Origin: Octopus sinensis
Taxonomy: Eukaryota
NCBI RefSeq assembly: GCF_006345805.1
Contig: NC_043005.1
Location: 89,032,001 to 89,096,000 of the forward strand
Length of the DNA stretch: 64,000 nucleotides
Reading direction: 5' to 3'
Part shown: one piece after another, positions 43,447 to 57,197 of the stretch
Position numbering within the stretch: the stretch's first letter is position 1
Layout of the letters: every line of letters starts with the position of its first letter
The notes under the pieces: model-generated
Seen by the model: only the letters and a program-made list of their open reading frames with translations
Databases searched by the model: none
Told to the model about the DNA's origin: nothing
Translations under genes and position numbers: made by a program

Positions 43447-43450
<4 letters not shown>
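42838..43450. mobile_element. Foldback/MITE with ~190-bp TIRs (42838-43028 / 43261-43450) and complex 230-bp interior
   Basis: ATCAAAATAAGCAACAAGGATATCCAAGGTAGTGTAGTACAATCGTTTC... mirrored at the right end. Confidence 0.88.
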
Positions 43451-43517
<67 letters not shown>

Positions 43518-43539
43518 CATACATAGATATATATATATA

Positions 43540-43882
<343 letters not shown>

Positions 43883-43921
43883 TTTTATTCACCTAAATTC
43901 GAACTTCACAGACTAACTGAT

Positions 43922-44022
<101 letters not shown>

Positions 44023-44495
44023 TGTGTTTAAATGCATGTAACATAAATGAATTAATTTCTAATAATTCTACCATGTTATTTACATGTGAGTATTGTTGTT
44101 CGAAACGATTGAGTGCATGTATTAAAATTCGCTTTTAAAATTTTAACATCTTCTCTTCTCCACCTTTTTGTTGAGTTTCTATGGGATACCTTTCCATAAA
44201 TTCTTATCATATTCCTTATATATATATGTATGTATATGTATGTATATATATATATATATATAAGTGTCTGTGTATATGTTTGTGTGTCTGTGTTTGTCCC
44301 CCTAGAATTGCTTGACAAGCGATGCTGGTGTGTTTACGTCCCCGTCACTTAGCGGTTCGGCAAAAAGAGACCGATAGAATAAGTACTGGGCTTACAAAGA
44401 ATAAGTCCCGGGGTCGATTTGCTCGACTAAAGGCGGTGCTCCAGCATGGCCGCAGTCAAATGACTGAAACAAGTAAAAGAGTAAAGAGTAAAAGA

Positions 44496-44537
<42 letters not shown>

Positions 44538-44614
44538 TCTTTTATTTGTTTCAGTCATTTTGACTGTGGCCATGCTGGAGCACCACCTTTTCGTCCAAGG
44601 AATCCCCCTAGGAT

Positions 44615-44682
<68 letters not shown>

Positions 44683-45466
44683 GCATATACAATGGGGTTC
44701 TTTCAGTTTCCGTCTCCCAAATATGCTCACAAGGAACTATAATAAAGCCCTAACCAATTGTAACTTTAAGGAGATCTCATACACCCCGAATCAAACAGAG
44801 ACTAGCCTAAATATAGACCTAGGAAAATTATATCGTTCATCCCTCTTACTCCTGAAATGTTAAGACTAATGTGAGTGAAAAATGCACACGCGCGCACGTC
44901 TCCCTGTATCCTGGGGTCAGCTTACCAACGCCCTACAGCTCCCTCTGTGTTATGCTAGATATATACAATCAGCTAGGCCCTTGCTTGGATTTTGTTTTGT
45001 TTTTCAACAGTAAATAAAAAGTTTAGAAGAAATTGAAGAGAAATTTCGGGAAACATGCTTAAACGATCAAATGTTCATACAAATTGCAATATTCCATAAA
45101 TTCTGCAGAGAGAGAGACAGTAATACAAATTCAAATTCTCAATGAATTCCATAACAGTCATACATGATTGAAAGTTCAGTAACATTGAATTACATTAACA
45201 ATTAGATACGATGAAGTTTTTAAAAGAAAGTTTAAGACTCGGGTGCATTTTCAACTTTTATAATTAAGGGTTATATTATAGGTTTAAGAATTTATTATTA
45301 TTACTCCCTACATGATATTTATATTTTCTTACTGGTACTTATTTAGAAAGGTTATTTATATAAAGGTCCTTATAGATACTAAGACCAGGAGGGTAGAGCC
45401 ATTTAAGAAAGAGAAAAATCAAGTAATTTTTAAAGATAATTTCAAACAATATTGTCATTCTGTATA

Positions 45467-45551
<85 letters not shown>

Positions 45552-45639
45552 CATGTATGTGTATTATAAATTCCCTCTTTATATCATCATATTCGTAATT
45601 GTCATTGTTTTTCCTCGTCATCATTGTTTCAAATTCTAG

Positions 45640-45811
45640 CTTCTGAAATGTCTTCGGTGAACAGTAGAATGAAATCTTCCATTGTAGTCCATATGATGTT
45701 TAGCGTCGGATACGTGATCATTTCTCTGCTGACGTACTTTGTGAGGACCTGGAGGACTTTGATGATCATAATATCAATCCCATCAGTGGTGCTCGCTATA
45801 GTCTATGTCTG
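45640..45811 (+). CDS. SLC22-like exon 5
   Basis: Acceptor aaattctag|CT, donor TG|gtaggt, 172 nt. Encodes ASEMSSVNSR...YFVRTWRTLMIIISIPSVVLAIVYV (TM5-TM6, WR-x-L motif). Confidence 0.95.
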
Positions 45812-46995
45812 GTAGGTATGAAGGTATGTAAGGGTGGGTGGCTGGCTAACTGGATGGATGGATGGTTGTGTGTGCACATATATGGTTATATGATCAATGG
45901 ATCTATGTATGTATGTATGAGGGTATGCATGCATGTATGGACGCATTAATGCCTGTATATTTATATGAATGTAAGTATGGCTGGGTGTATGTATTAATGT
46001 TTGCATGTTTGTACGTATGAGTATACGAATGTATGGATTTATATATATATATATATGGAGTTAAGTATGTGTGGATGTATGGATGAATATATGTACAGAT
46101 ATATGGATGTATGTATGGGTAGATGGATGGATGTGTGTATGTGTGTGCATGTACGTACAATCTTTTACATAATTGGCTGGTGGCGACGAAACCTACAACC
46201 CTAAAAAGCTTGCTTGGGAAGGCGGGTGGGGCTGGGGTGTGTTTATGTCGAACACACTCCTAGATGAGAAACGAAACCCGTCAATGGACAGCTGGGGGTG
46301 AGGAACCCTTAGTCTTTGTTTAGATATCTCTCTAGTGGAAGGAAAACTCTGATCTAACTCCTGTACCTTCGTTTCAATCCAATTATGTAGATTAGTTCTT
46401 CTTTTGGGGCGAAAGCATTCGATGTTTAGAGACGAGTAACTTAAGAAGCTTTAAATACAGAAACATCTTTATTCACATCAAAGATGCAGGCGTGGCTGTG
46501 TGGTAAGACGTTTGCTTCCCAACCACATGGTTCTGGGTTCAGTCTCACTGTATGGCACCTTGAACAAATGTCTGTTTACTTATTTGTCTGTTTGTATGTA
46601 TGTATGTTTGTATGTGCGTATGTGTGTATGTGCGTATGTATGTATAATGTTTTTGGATTAGTACTCGACGCAACACAAAGTCCTACCCATGACGAACAGT
46701 TGCAGGATGAGTCAAAATGATTATTGTACTAAACAAAAAACTAACGTCAAATCTATTTTGTCTGTTTGTTTGTTTGTTTGTTTGTTTGTTTGTATGTATG
46801 TATGTATGTATGTATGTATGTATGTACGTACGTACGTACGTACGCACGCACGCATGTATGTATGTGCGTATGTATGTATGTATGTACGTATGTATGTATG
46901 TATGTATGTATATATGCCTGTATGTGAGTGTGTGTACGTATATAGATATGTGTAAGTAGGTGTATTGATGAAGTTTTCCGTTTTCTATTTGCAAG

Positions 46996-47208
46996 GTTCC
47001 TAGACGAGTCTCCCCGATGGCTCCTGAATAAAAAGAGAACAAATGATGCCAACATAATTCTTAGCAACATCGCCAAACTGAATAAAACAGTTTTGCCTCA
47101 AACAGAAATCGTCAACATTTTCTCATCGAACGAGAAAAAAGTAGAAATCTGGAAAATGTTTACCATTCCTCAGCTTCTAAAACGGACCCTAATTTTGATG
47201 CTAAACTG
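46996..47208 (+). CDS. SLC22-like exon 6 (central cytoplasmic loop); absent from the supplied ORF track
   Basis: Acceptor ttttctatttgcaag|G, donor TG|gtaagt, 213 nt. Encodes (W)FLDESPRWLLNKKR...IAKLNK...LLKRTLILMLN; DESPRWL matches the family PESPRWL motif. Confidence 0.94.
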
Positions 47209-47989
47209 GTAAGTGATATTACATTTACCATTTTCTGTGTGTTCTTTATCTTTTATCGTTTACTTGTTTCAATCATTTGACTGCAGCCATGCTGGGGCAC
47301 GGCCTTGAAAATGTTTTAGTTGAATTAATTGATCACAGAACTGTTTTTATGTCTGGTGCTTATTCTCTTTTACTCTTTACTCTTTTACTTGTTTCAGTCA
47401 TTTGACTGCGGCCATGCTGGAGCACTGCCTTTAGTCGAGCAAATCGACCCCGGGACTTATTCTCTGTAAGCCCAGTACTTACTCTATCGGTCTTTTTTGC
47501 CGAACCGCTAAGTGACGGGGACGTAAACACACCAGCATCGGTTGTGAAGCAAGGCTAGGGGGACAAACACAGACACACAAACACACACAGACATACATAT
47601 ATAAATATACATATATACGACAGGCTTCTTTCAGTTTCCGTCTACCAAATCCACTCACAAGGCATTGGTCGGCCCGGGGCTATAGCAGAAGACACTTGCC
47701 CAAGATTCCACGCAGTGGGACTGAAACCAGAACCATGTGGTTGGTTAGCAAGCTACTTACCACACAGCCACTCCTGCGTCTATTGATTTATTTTGAACCA
47801 TTAAGTTATGGAGACATAAACAAACCAACACTGGTCGTCAAGTGGTGTGTAGGACAAACACATGCACAAAGATACACACACACGTAGTTATATATACACC
47901 CTTCTTTCCTGAGCGTCCAATAATACTATACTTGTTCCAAGTTCTCGCGTTGTTGTGTTTTCTCTTTGTGTTTTCATGTTTGGATTAAC

Positions 47990-48041
<52 letters not shown>

Positions 48042-49320
48042 GCTTCATTAGGTTTCCATTTATCATATCCGCTCACAAGGCTTTAGTCAGCCCATGGTTA
48101 TGATAAAAGACACTTGCTCAAGGTAAGGCGCACTGGGATTGAACTTGGAGCCATGTGGTTGCGGAGCAAGCTTCTTACCACACAGCCATACATGTACCTA
48201 TATTGATCAGAATGATGCAGATATTTGTGGAAGTTTTCTTGCAAGAAATTCATTTGAAGTCAAACTTGAGAGAATATCAAAGATACTAAGTGTGCAAGGA
48301 TGCTTACATGAAGATGAAATACAGGAACTCTTTTTAGAGCAAAGCAAAGAAGGATAAAATGAGAAGTAAAAACTTAGTTGACCCCTTTGATACCAAGCCA
48401 CATGAGAATGTCCCTTGTTGTATCATACAGACTTCCTGTTTGATCTAATTTGAAATTTTCCATTAAAATTTCATGTTTATTTGTGTTCCAGTCTTAATTA
48501 TGGGCAAATCATTTTATTAAATTCTTCTTTATTTTCAAAATTAATTGAAACTAACATTTTTTAACAAAACCATGGTAACGAAAGGGTTAAAGCTGAACAA
48601 GTTGTCTGATGCTCCTAAATGTATTGGCCATTCTCTGACAGTTTGTGGTCAAGCCTGCGTCAGTGGAGACTTCTAGCATTCTCAGGCCCTCAACCACGTT
48701 CCTGCTTACCACTATCATGGTGGATACAACTATCCACAAGTGTGAGCCCTTGTGGGTCAGAGTGGCTGTTCCAGTGCATCTGGGGCAACACCTTTTCTAT
48801 TTTGTCGGCGAGGACCTTGAGGCAAACTGACAAATCTTTTTAGGTATTTCTTTTCTGTGAAGAAGAGGAAGGATATGAGGATTTAGGCAGGGCCCTTCAT
48901 CAAATTTAGAAAACCATATCACTAAGAATTACCGAAGGCTAACAAGTGTCAGACACTGCAGACAAATCAATGAATTCTGCTAATCACAAAATATTTTCTA
49001 CTCCATGAACATAAACACTCTATACACACATAAACCAAAAAAGGCCACATATACATACAAACCATCTACTCACCATTTATCCAACAGACTAAAGTTGCCC
49101 CCATCAATTGACTCTTATTGGCTAGCTCTGTCTCAGTTGTTAAGTTTTCTTAGTTGTCTATATTAGACAGTTAGTTGTATAACTTTATTTACTGGTGGTC
49201 TCAATGTTCAAATTATTATAATTCTCTCTAAGAAATTACGTAGCCATCTAACCAGAGTTTGGTCTGCAATTTTTGTGTATGTTTGTACATTATATAAAAT
49301 CTTTCATTTCTTTTCTATAG

Positions 49321-49547
49321 GGCGATTGTGAGCTTAGTATATTACGGCCTTACTCTTAATGTTGGCAAATTGTATGGCAATCTCTATATGAATTATTTTT
49401 TGAATTCGGTTGTCGAGTTTCCGGCCTTTACTCTGTGCATCCTTCTGTTAAATCGTGTTGGAAGAAAAAAATTGCATACTAGCATGATGGTTTTGACTGG
49501 AGTCACTTGTATCGCTGGAATATTTCCCGTCCTCTATGGCACTAAAG
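49321..49547 (+). CDS. SLC22-like exon 7
   Basis: Acceptor ttttctatag|G, donor G|gtaaac, 227 nt. Encodes (W)AIVSLVYYGLTLNVGKLYGNLYMNYFLNSVVEFPA...NRVGRKK (TM7-TM9). Confidence 0.95.
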
Positions 49548-49879
49548 GTAAACAAATTATTATTATTATTTCTTTTTATCACAGGTTTTGTTGGAACTCC
49601 TTGGGTCATGCATACGTAGCGGGATTGCTACCTGCAACCAACGGTACCACGCTATTCGTTCTTTTCAGCTATCTAATACTTTCCTGATTATTCTGGCCTG
49701 GCTAAGGAGGCAAACATTTTGTAACAGTTCTACGGGGCACTTTATTACAATTTCCTTTATATGCCCCTTCATGCCTTCGGATTTTGTTCCCCAAACCCAA
49801 CAATAATTGGCATTATCTTCAACGTCTTCATTTTCCATAGTCGGACGATTTCGTACTTAAAAGGGTTGTATTTATGTTT

Positions 49880-51790
49880 TAGCCTTCCTTCTTGACTATT
49901 CGTTGGTAAAAAAGGCATGCTACATCAACTATATAGCACATATGGTGCATCTTGTTGACCACCACTAGGTTCGGTCTGTTATGCCATAGCACCTGATCTG
50001 TTTGGGTTGGAAAATCCCAGAGTGATTTGCAAGTCTCCAACTCCGCCACTCTCTTCGGTTTGTGCTCATACCACGTCTTGCCTCTCTCTAGCCCCCACTT
50101 TTCGCGCAGTGTCCAGTGTAGCACTTTCGCTACCTGGTCGTGTCGCCACAACTTGCAGTGGTTTGGGGCAAGTGCAGGGCATTCGTTCGTCATATGGACA
50201 ATTGTTTCATTCACTCTATTTCAGATGCGGCACAGCAGAGGCTCTTACTCATTCCTAAGGTTGACCCTCCAGTTCAAAGCTTGGTCTTGCACTGCCAGTG
50301 TAATGCTCTCGGTCTCTTTTTTTAGGGTTCTTTTCATCAACCAATTCCACCTATTTTTTTCCAGCAACTTCTGTTGTGGTTACATGGAATTGATTGTGTA
50401 GTCCATTCTTTCGTAATGCTTCTTCCCGTCCGTTTTTTACTTCTTCCTTTGTTTCTCCTTTCTTCTCTGCTTTTAATACTCCCTCATTCGTAAGTGACAC
50501 TAGCAAGGTTTCCTTACTTTCGACTAGGTATCTCATTAAACTCTCGAGTTCGATACACACGCAGATCTTTCACATTTACCTGTCCTCTTCCTCCACTTTC
50601 TCTCTTCATGTAATGGCAATCAGTGTCTGAACGTGGATGATGGGCTCCATGCATCATTAGGCGCTTTCATGACTTCCTGTCCATTTCTTTTAGCTCCTCC
50701 TCTGTCCACTTCAGCATCTCAGAGCCATACCGAGCTACTGCGATTGCGCGCAAGTTTATTGCCGAAATAATGTTTCTGGAATTTAGCTTTGAAGCCAATA
50801 TTTTTCTCATTCGTCGCATGAACTCTATTTTTGTCTTTTTGTTTTCCTGTCGTGGTGCTTGATTCCATCTGCCTCAAGTACTCCCAGGTATTTATAGCTG
50901 GATGGAGATTGAATTACCTTCATCATTTCACCACTTGGCAACCATATAGCTTCTGTCCTGGCAAGCTTTCCTCGTCTCATCCCCATTGTAACACATTTTG
51001 AGAGTCCAAACCCTATGTTAATATCATTAGAGAAAATCCGCACAGACTGGGCTAGGCTGTCCAGTGCAGCCTCAGTTTTTTTGTGAATAGCTTCAGGTCG
51101 TCCATGAATAGCAAGTGGTTCAGTTTTCTCTTGCCACTTCCCAAATCATACCCCAACTTTGTTTTCTGTAGTATTTCACTCAAGGGGATCATTCCCAGCA
51201 TGAAGATCAGTGGGTGGGACACTGTCCCCCTGGAAGATTCCTCTCTTGATTTTCACCTCTCCCTAATGCTTGATTCCCCGCTGTCAATTCCGTTTACCAA
51301 CATTTCATGCTATTCTGTGTAAGGCTTCTCATGTTTTCTGCTACTCCATACATTTCCATTGTTCTTATTATCCAGGAATGTTGTATCATATTGTAAGTTT
51401 TACGATAGTCAACCCATGCTCAGGTTGGTGTGTCTTCTCTTGCAGTTCCTTATCAATTAAGAGCTGATCCTTCGTTCCCCGGCCCCTCTTTTGGCACCCT
51501 TCCCGTTCAATAGGCAGCAGCCCACTTCTTTCCAAGTATCTCTACAGTTCACCAGACAAAATACCTCACATTGGTTTCTACATTAGCGAAATAAATGTTA
51601 TTGGTTGAAAGTTGGATGCAGCATTTCCTTTTTCAGGATCCTTGGCACATAACAATGTCTTTCCCTTTGTCATCCAGCTGGGTACTGTGCCTTCTCGCAA
51701 CCACTCATCTAACTGTTACGCTATCTTTTCATGGAGCCCTCTCAGCTTCTTCATCCAGTAACCTTGGACCCTACCCAGGCCTGGTCTCTT
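49880..51790 (-). mobile_element. R4/Dong-like LINE remnant (RT to endonuclease), heavily decayed
   Basis: GIFQGDSVPPLIFML, LFMDDLKL, YKYLGVLEAD, RHDQVAKVLHW, RPNLVVV. Confidence 0.85.
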
Positions 51791-51979
51791 CCAATTTGAG
51801 AATTTTCTCAACTATTTTTTATTATGTGTGTAGTTATCTTTAATTTTATTATTATTATGATTATTATTTTCATCATCATCATCCTTATTATTATTGTTGT
51901 TGTTGTTGTTGTCATTATTATTATTATTATTAATATTATTATTATTATTATTATATTATTATTATTATTATTATTATAT

Positions 51980-52630
51980 CAGTAGTTTTATTTTTATAGC
52001 GTGCTTTCACTTCACTACCGAGCGCAGCTCTGTGTGCCTTGGGTATTGCTGTGATTGTTGTGATGCTCTGATGGTTATTGTATGGAAAGTGTTCTGCGTA
52101 AGATGTGTGCAGTGCCTAGTAGTGCAATTTTCTGTATGTATATGTGTTTGTAAGTCCTGGTGTTTTTGTTATGTATTTGTCTGAATATTTTTTTATCATG
52201 CCTAATGCACCTACTATGATAGGAATTGTTTCTGTTTTCAGATTCCACATTCTAGTTACTCTATTTCCAGGTCTTTGTATTTTGAGAGTTTCTCCATTTC
52301 TTTTAGAGACACGTTGTCATCAGCCGGTATTGATACATCAATTAGAAAGCATTTTGTTTCTTCATGGTCTCTGACAACTATATCTGGTCTGTTGGCCTTA
52401 ATTTCTCTGTCTGTGTGTATCGGCATATCCCAGAGTATGGTTGCTTTCTCGTTTTCTGTGACCTTTTCTGGTGTGTGCCTATACCATCTTTTTTCTGTTG
52501 TTATTCCATAGTGTTGACATAGCTTCCAATGTATGTAGGTTCCAACTCTGTCATGTCTGTGAATATATTCCTTCTTAGCCAGGACTGGGCAGCTAGAGAT
52601 AATATGATTTATTGTTTCTTGTCCATCTCC
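51980..52630 (-). mobile_element. R4/Dong 3' fragment (family of 18213-20394) with 3' UTR, flanked by (TAA)n
   Basis: Reverse complement matches 20020-20394 and additionally retains the stop codon and UTR. Confidence 0.88.
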
Positions 52631-52662
52631 AATAATAATAATAATAATAATTATTATTATTA

Positions 52663-52714
<52 letters not shown>

Positions 52715-52734
52715 ACAATTATTATTATTTTATT

Positions 52735-53316
52735 GTCTTTGCACAGCTTCTAACGCTGTACTACGGTACCAGCTGTTCACTACCAGTGAACTAAGCTAAC
52801 TCCTCGTATTTTTCGAGCATCTTCCGGAGTATTCAAGCGTTTTCCAGGCAGTGCTGTTTTCTGAAAGTGATCCACTCTTTTTGCAACCCCTATTTGTTCC
52901 ACGTACTTCTCGAGATTTTTGCTCAGTGTTTCCAGGGCTCCGACAATTATTGGTGCTGCTACAACCTTTTTGATCGACCACACCTGCTTAACCTCCCAAG
53001 CTAACCTGTCATATCTATCGACTTTTCTTTTTTCCTTACCGCATACCTTGTCATCTGGGCATGCTATATCTATGATCCAGTATAGTTTGGTTTCTTTCTC
53101 AATTAAGACTATGTCTGGCTTCCTATTCTCTATCTCATGGTCGCACTGAATCATAAAATCCCACAGGTTCTTTGCATTATCATTTTCGATGATGCCTTCT
53201 AGCTTATATCCGTACCACTTTTTTGCTCTGTCAAGTCCATACTTGTTGCATGGTATCCAATGGACAAGCCTAGCTATATTGTCGTGACGTCTTTTATATT
53301 CATTTTGGGTTCAATG
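52735..53316 (-). mobile_element. R4/Dong-like 3' fragment abutting (TAA)n
   Basis: NRKPDIVLIEKETKLYWIIDIACP...KVDRYDRLAWEV. Confidence 0.85.
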
Positions 53317-53960
53317 TAATGTTCTGTTATGTTCCGTATGGTCAAATGGTTAAGAAGCTTGCTTCACAACCCCACGTTCAGTTAATGTCATTTTCTATAA
53401 CCTTGGACTCAACCCATACTTTCTACCTGCCTACTTGTACTTCCTTGTGGCATTCATCCGGGATGGATCGAGCCAGCTCTGACAGGAGTTTCAGTGAGGT
53501 CACAAGTTCACATGTGGTCCTCAGTCACATGCACACACACACACACACTTTGGGATAGTGAGATCCATAACAGCTCATCTTGCTGTTGATTGTTGACCAT
53601 CGCAGAGGATCCACTGACCAAGTCTCTTCTAATTATTGAAGGAGACATAGCCTGGGTTTCAAGGGGATTTCTAGAGACATGCTTTAAAAACAGTTAAGAG
53701 GTCACTCACTCCCAGTGGGCTTCTAGCATGCTGGGCACCAACCCACAATTTCTGAGGGCCTGTGCTTTGTGAATGAGACTTGGTAGGTGAAAACTGTAGA
53801 GAAGCCCACATATTGAAATTATGTACAGTTTAGTCAGCCATTCTGTCATTTTAATTTTACCTGAGAATTGTATTGAGGGTCCACGTGTCTGTGAAATACC
53901 GAAAAGGGTTGTTTTTTGTTTTTACTTAAGAATTCTGTCTTTTATCTTTTTCTTTTTCAG

Positions 53961-54142
53961 CCCATCGATGGATGTTAACTGCCAGTTCGATATTAGGCCG
54001 TTTGTTTATCACTTCAGCTTTTGGAATCGTGTATTTATACACTTTGGAATTATATCCAACTTGTATAAGAAACGGTGCATTGGGGGCTTTGTCAACCTTT
54101 GCACGTTTTGGTGGGGCTTTAGCACCTTACATTCTCAACTTT
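53961..54142 (+). CDS. SLC22-like exon 8
   Basis: Acceptor tctttttcag|CC, donor TTT|gtaagt, 182 nt. Encodes ...YLYTLELYPTCIRNGALGALSTFARFGGALAPYILNF (ELYPT-x-IR motif, TM10-TM11). Confidence 0.95.
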
Positions 54143-55183
54143 GTAAGTATTTAGATTCTTTCAGACTTGCTATTTGTTTTGTTGTTCGCCCCTTTTGTTA
54201 GTCCATCCATCATGGAACCAGCACAACTAGTAAAGAGACAGAGCTAGGCTTATCTTTCTATGGATTTACATAACAACATACGAATAAGGAAATATTATCC
54301 ATCAGACCAGGCACAATGGCTATAAACCTTTTGTTACCGTGTTTGGGATGAAATACACTGTATTTGTTTCAAAGAATTTAGTAAAATAGCTAAACCTTTT
54401 CTTACCACATCTCTGAAATACACAGCCTTTGTTTTAATTAATTTTGAAATAACGAAGAATTTAGTGGAATAACTTTGTTATTATTAAGCTACTACTTCAG
54501 GTGGTGAGCTGGCAGAATCATTAACAGACTGTAACAAATTCTTGGCAGCATTTCGTCCGTCTTTACATTCTGAGTTGAAATTCCACTGAGGTCAACTTTG
54601 CCTTTCACCCTTTCGGGATCAATAAAATAAGTACCAGTTACATATTTCCCCAAAATTGCTGGCCTTGTGCCAAAATTTGAAACCGTTATTAAGCCGCTAT
54701 ATGTATATGTATTATAATTGTTTTCTATATATGTATTAATATTTTTGTTGCTGTCTTCGCTTGTCCCTTTGGCCATATTCTGTTTATTTAGCTCATTATT
54801 TTGTCCCTCGTCCGTCCACAAACAGTCTCCCCTCGAATTACTTTTATCCATTTTCGTTTGTCTATTTCCGTATACCTTTTTTCATCTTTATTTGTCCGTC
54901 TCGTTTCGTCTTGTCATGTTCTGGTTATACTCCCATCAAGTTCTCTCGCTGGTTGCCTCCAGGGTGGAAGAAATATTATCAATAATGGCACGAAATTGCA
55001 CCCGACCCCTTGGTCAATAACTGATGAGAAGTTAGTGACTTTCTGTGTTTGTTCTCCATTCATCTGTGAATTTGGTATACGTTTTTCAACCTCACCTTCC
55101 GCGTTTTTTTTTTCCATTCGTTTGTTTATTACAATAAGTGTTTAACTTCTGATAGCATTATTCTCGTAACGCATTCCTTGTTT

Positions 55184-55241
<58 letters not shown>

Positions 55242-55250
55242 GTCTGTCTT

Positions 55251-55291
<41 letters not shown>

Positions 55292-55316
55292 ATGTATGTA
55301 TGTATGTATGTATGTA

Positions 55317-55393
<77 letters not shown>

Positions 55394-55397
<4 letters not shown>

Positions 55398-55905
55398 AGC
55401 AGAAATTCCCGTCGTTGACTTGGTTCAGAAAGAGTCTTCAAAAATTATACCCTGATTTATGAAAGTTACTGCTTCGATATTATTGAATGTTTTGTAGCGG
55501 AATATCCGCAAGCTCTTTATTGCCAGGTTTCAGCCCAAAAAGTTATAATATTTTACTAATGGGTCTACGGATCTTCAGTCTCTTCTACTCTTTCTCTTTT
55601 CCGACGCTAAGATTGCTTAGGTAGACCAAATCTAATTTTTTTCAGAGGCATTGTTGTAGGGTGAATTAATCTATAAGACAGGGAACTTAACTCATGTTAG
55701 CAAACGGATTTTACCGATGTGAAAATTGGTAAAAGTTATGGTTGAAAAGCTATTTTTACTGCTATCGGGGGGTGGGGCTGCCTTGGTAAAAATAAGTCAG
55801 CCATGGTCGTGACCAATGTACTCCTAAAATTGGAGTTACATGCGTGCTAATTTGTGGACGTTCATTAAGTATATTCACGTACACACACACATCCTGCTTG
55901 TTATA
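55394..55905 (+). mobile_element. Possible non-autonomous Helitron/Helentron-like (DINE-1/HINE-type) element
   Basis: Begins TACTAGCAGAAATTCCCGTCGTTG and ends in (CA)n...TTGTTATATATA, resembling HINE termini. No coding evidence. Confidence 0.35.
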
Positions 55906-55973
55906 TATATATATATATAATATATATATATATATTAAAAGTGAGTTGTGTGGGTTATCGCACGAGTGGGATT

Positions 55974-57159
55974 ATATAAAAAAAAGGTTTGAAAATGCAA
56001 TTTAAACGATGTTATTTACTTAACCGGTTTCACTCTTTGGTTAAAAGATTGTCAAAGTTACATTTAGGAAACATTGAATAATATGGGTTCAAAAAAAGTT
56101 TTTTACATAATTGTCACATTGAATTATGCATTCAAAAAAGTTTTTAATAATTGTCACATTGGATATTATGAATTCAAAAATGTTTTTTTATACATAATTG
56201 TCACATTACATGTATAAATATAGTGTTGGTAACAGAGAAGTTCAATAGTGTGATGAGAATATTGGGAAAATTTGGCAGAAAAGGATAAAACAAATATATA
56301 TTGGGAATTGGTTGCGTTTAATTATTGGTTGTCGCAAATTGTCACATTACATGTATATATATACAATCTTCGGTATATATATACAGCCTTTTGACAGCAC
56401 AAAAATTAAAATGGATTTTTTATACATCTCAGAATATTTTAAGTACAAGGCGAGAGAATATGTTTTTACTGACCTGTTGGTATTAGCAGAAAGGCTGAAC
56501 TGAGAGAACAGAGGAGTAGCCAATGTGGTGTTATACTTCCCTTTATGCATGAAGATTTTGGGGTTATCAGGAGGTTAGTATGCGGGTGTGAATAGATGTG
56601 TCCGTGCCCGCTGGTCAGATAGCGTCTGTTTGTCACACACATATACACACACACACACACACCACACACAACACACCACACACACACACACATAGTAAAC
56701 AAACACACAACCCACATACAACAACACCACACAACACACACAGAACACCACAACCCACACACAAACGCACCCACATATATGACATATACACACAGCACAC
56801 AAATATATATGTATATATAATAACACACAGATATATAACACACATACACACACAACACACCACACACACACACACACACACACAACACAACCACACATAC
56901 ATACATATATAAATATCACACAAATACACCTAGCATATATATACAACATACAATACACAATACAGCATGTAAGTAATATACATACACAATATATGCATGC
57001 AATATACATACGCAGTACATACATATAATATATATATATAGACAATGCATAAATATATACACATATAAATATAAATAGGTTTGCATACACATACAAGATG
57101 TACCACATATACACACAATACACATACATACAAACGCATACACATACACGTACGCATAC

Positions 57160-57197
<38 letters not shown>

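Noticed and set aside
56400-56560. Weak resemblance of the minus-strand peptide NTNRSVKTYSLALYLK to the Penelope RT thumb
   Set aside because: Short, frame-ambiguous and not followed by GIY-YIG sequence; not used as evidence.
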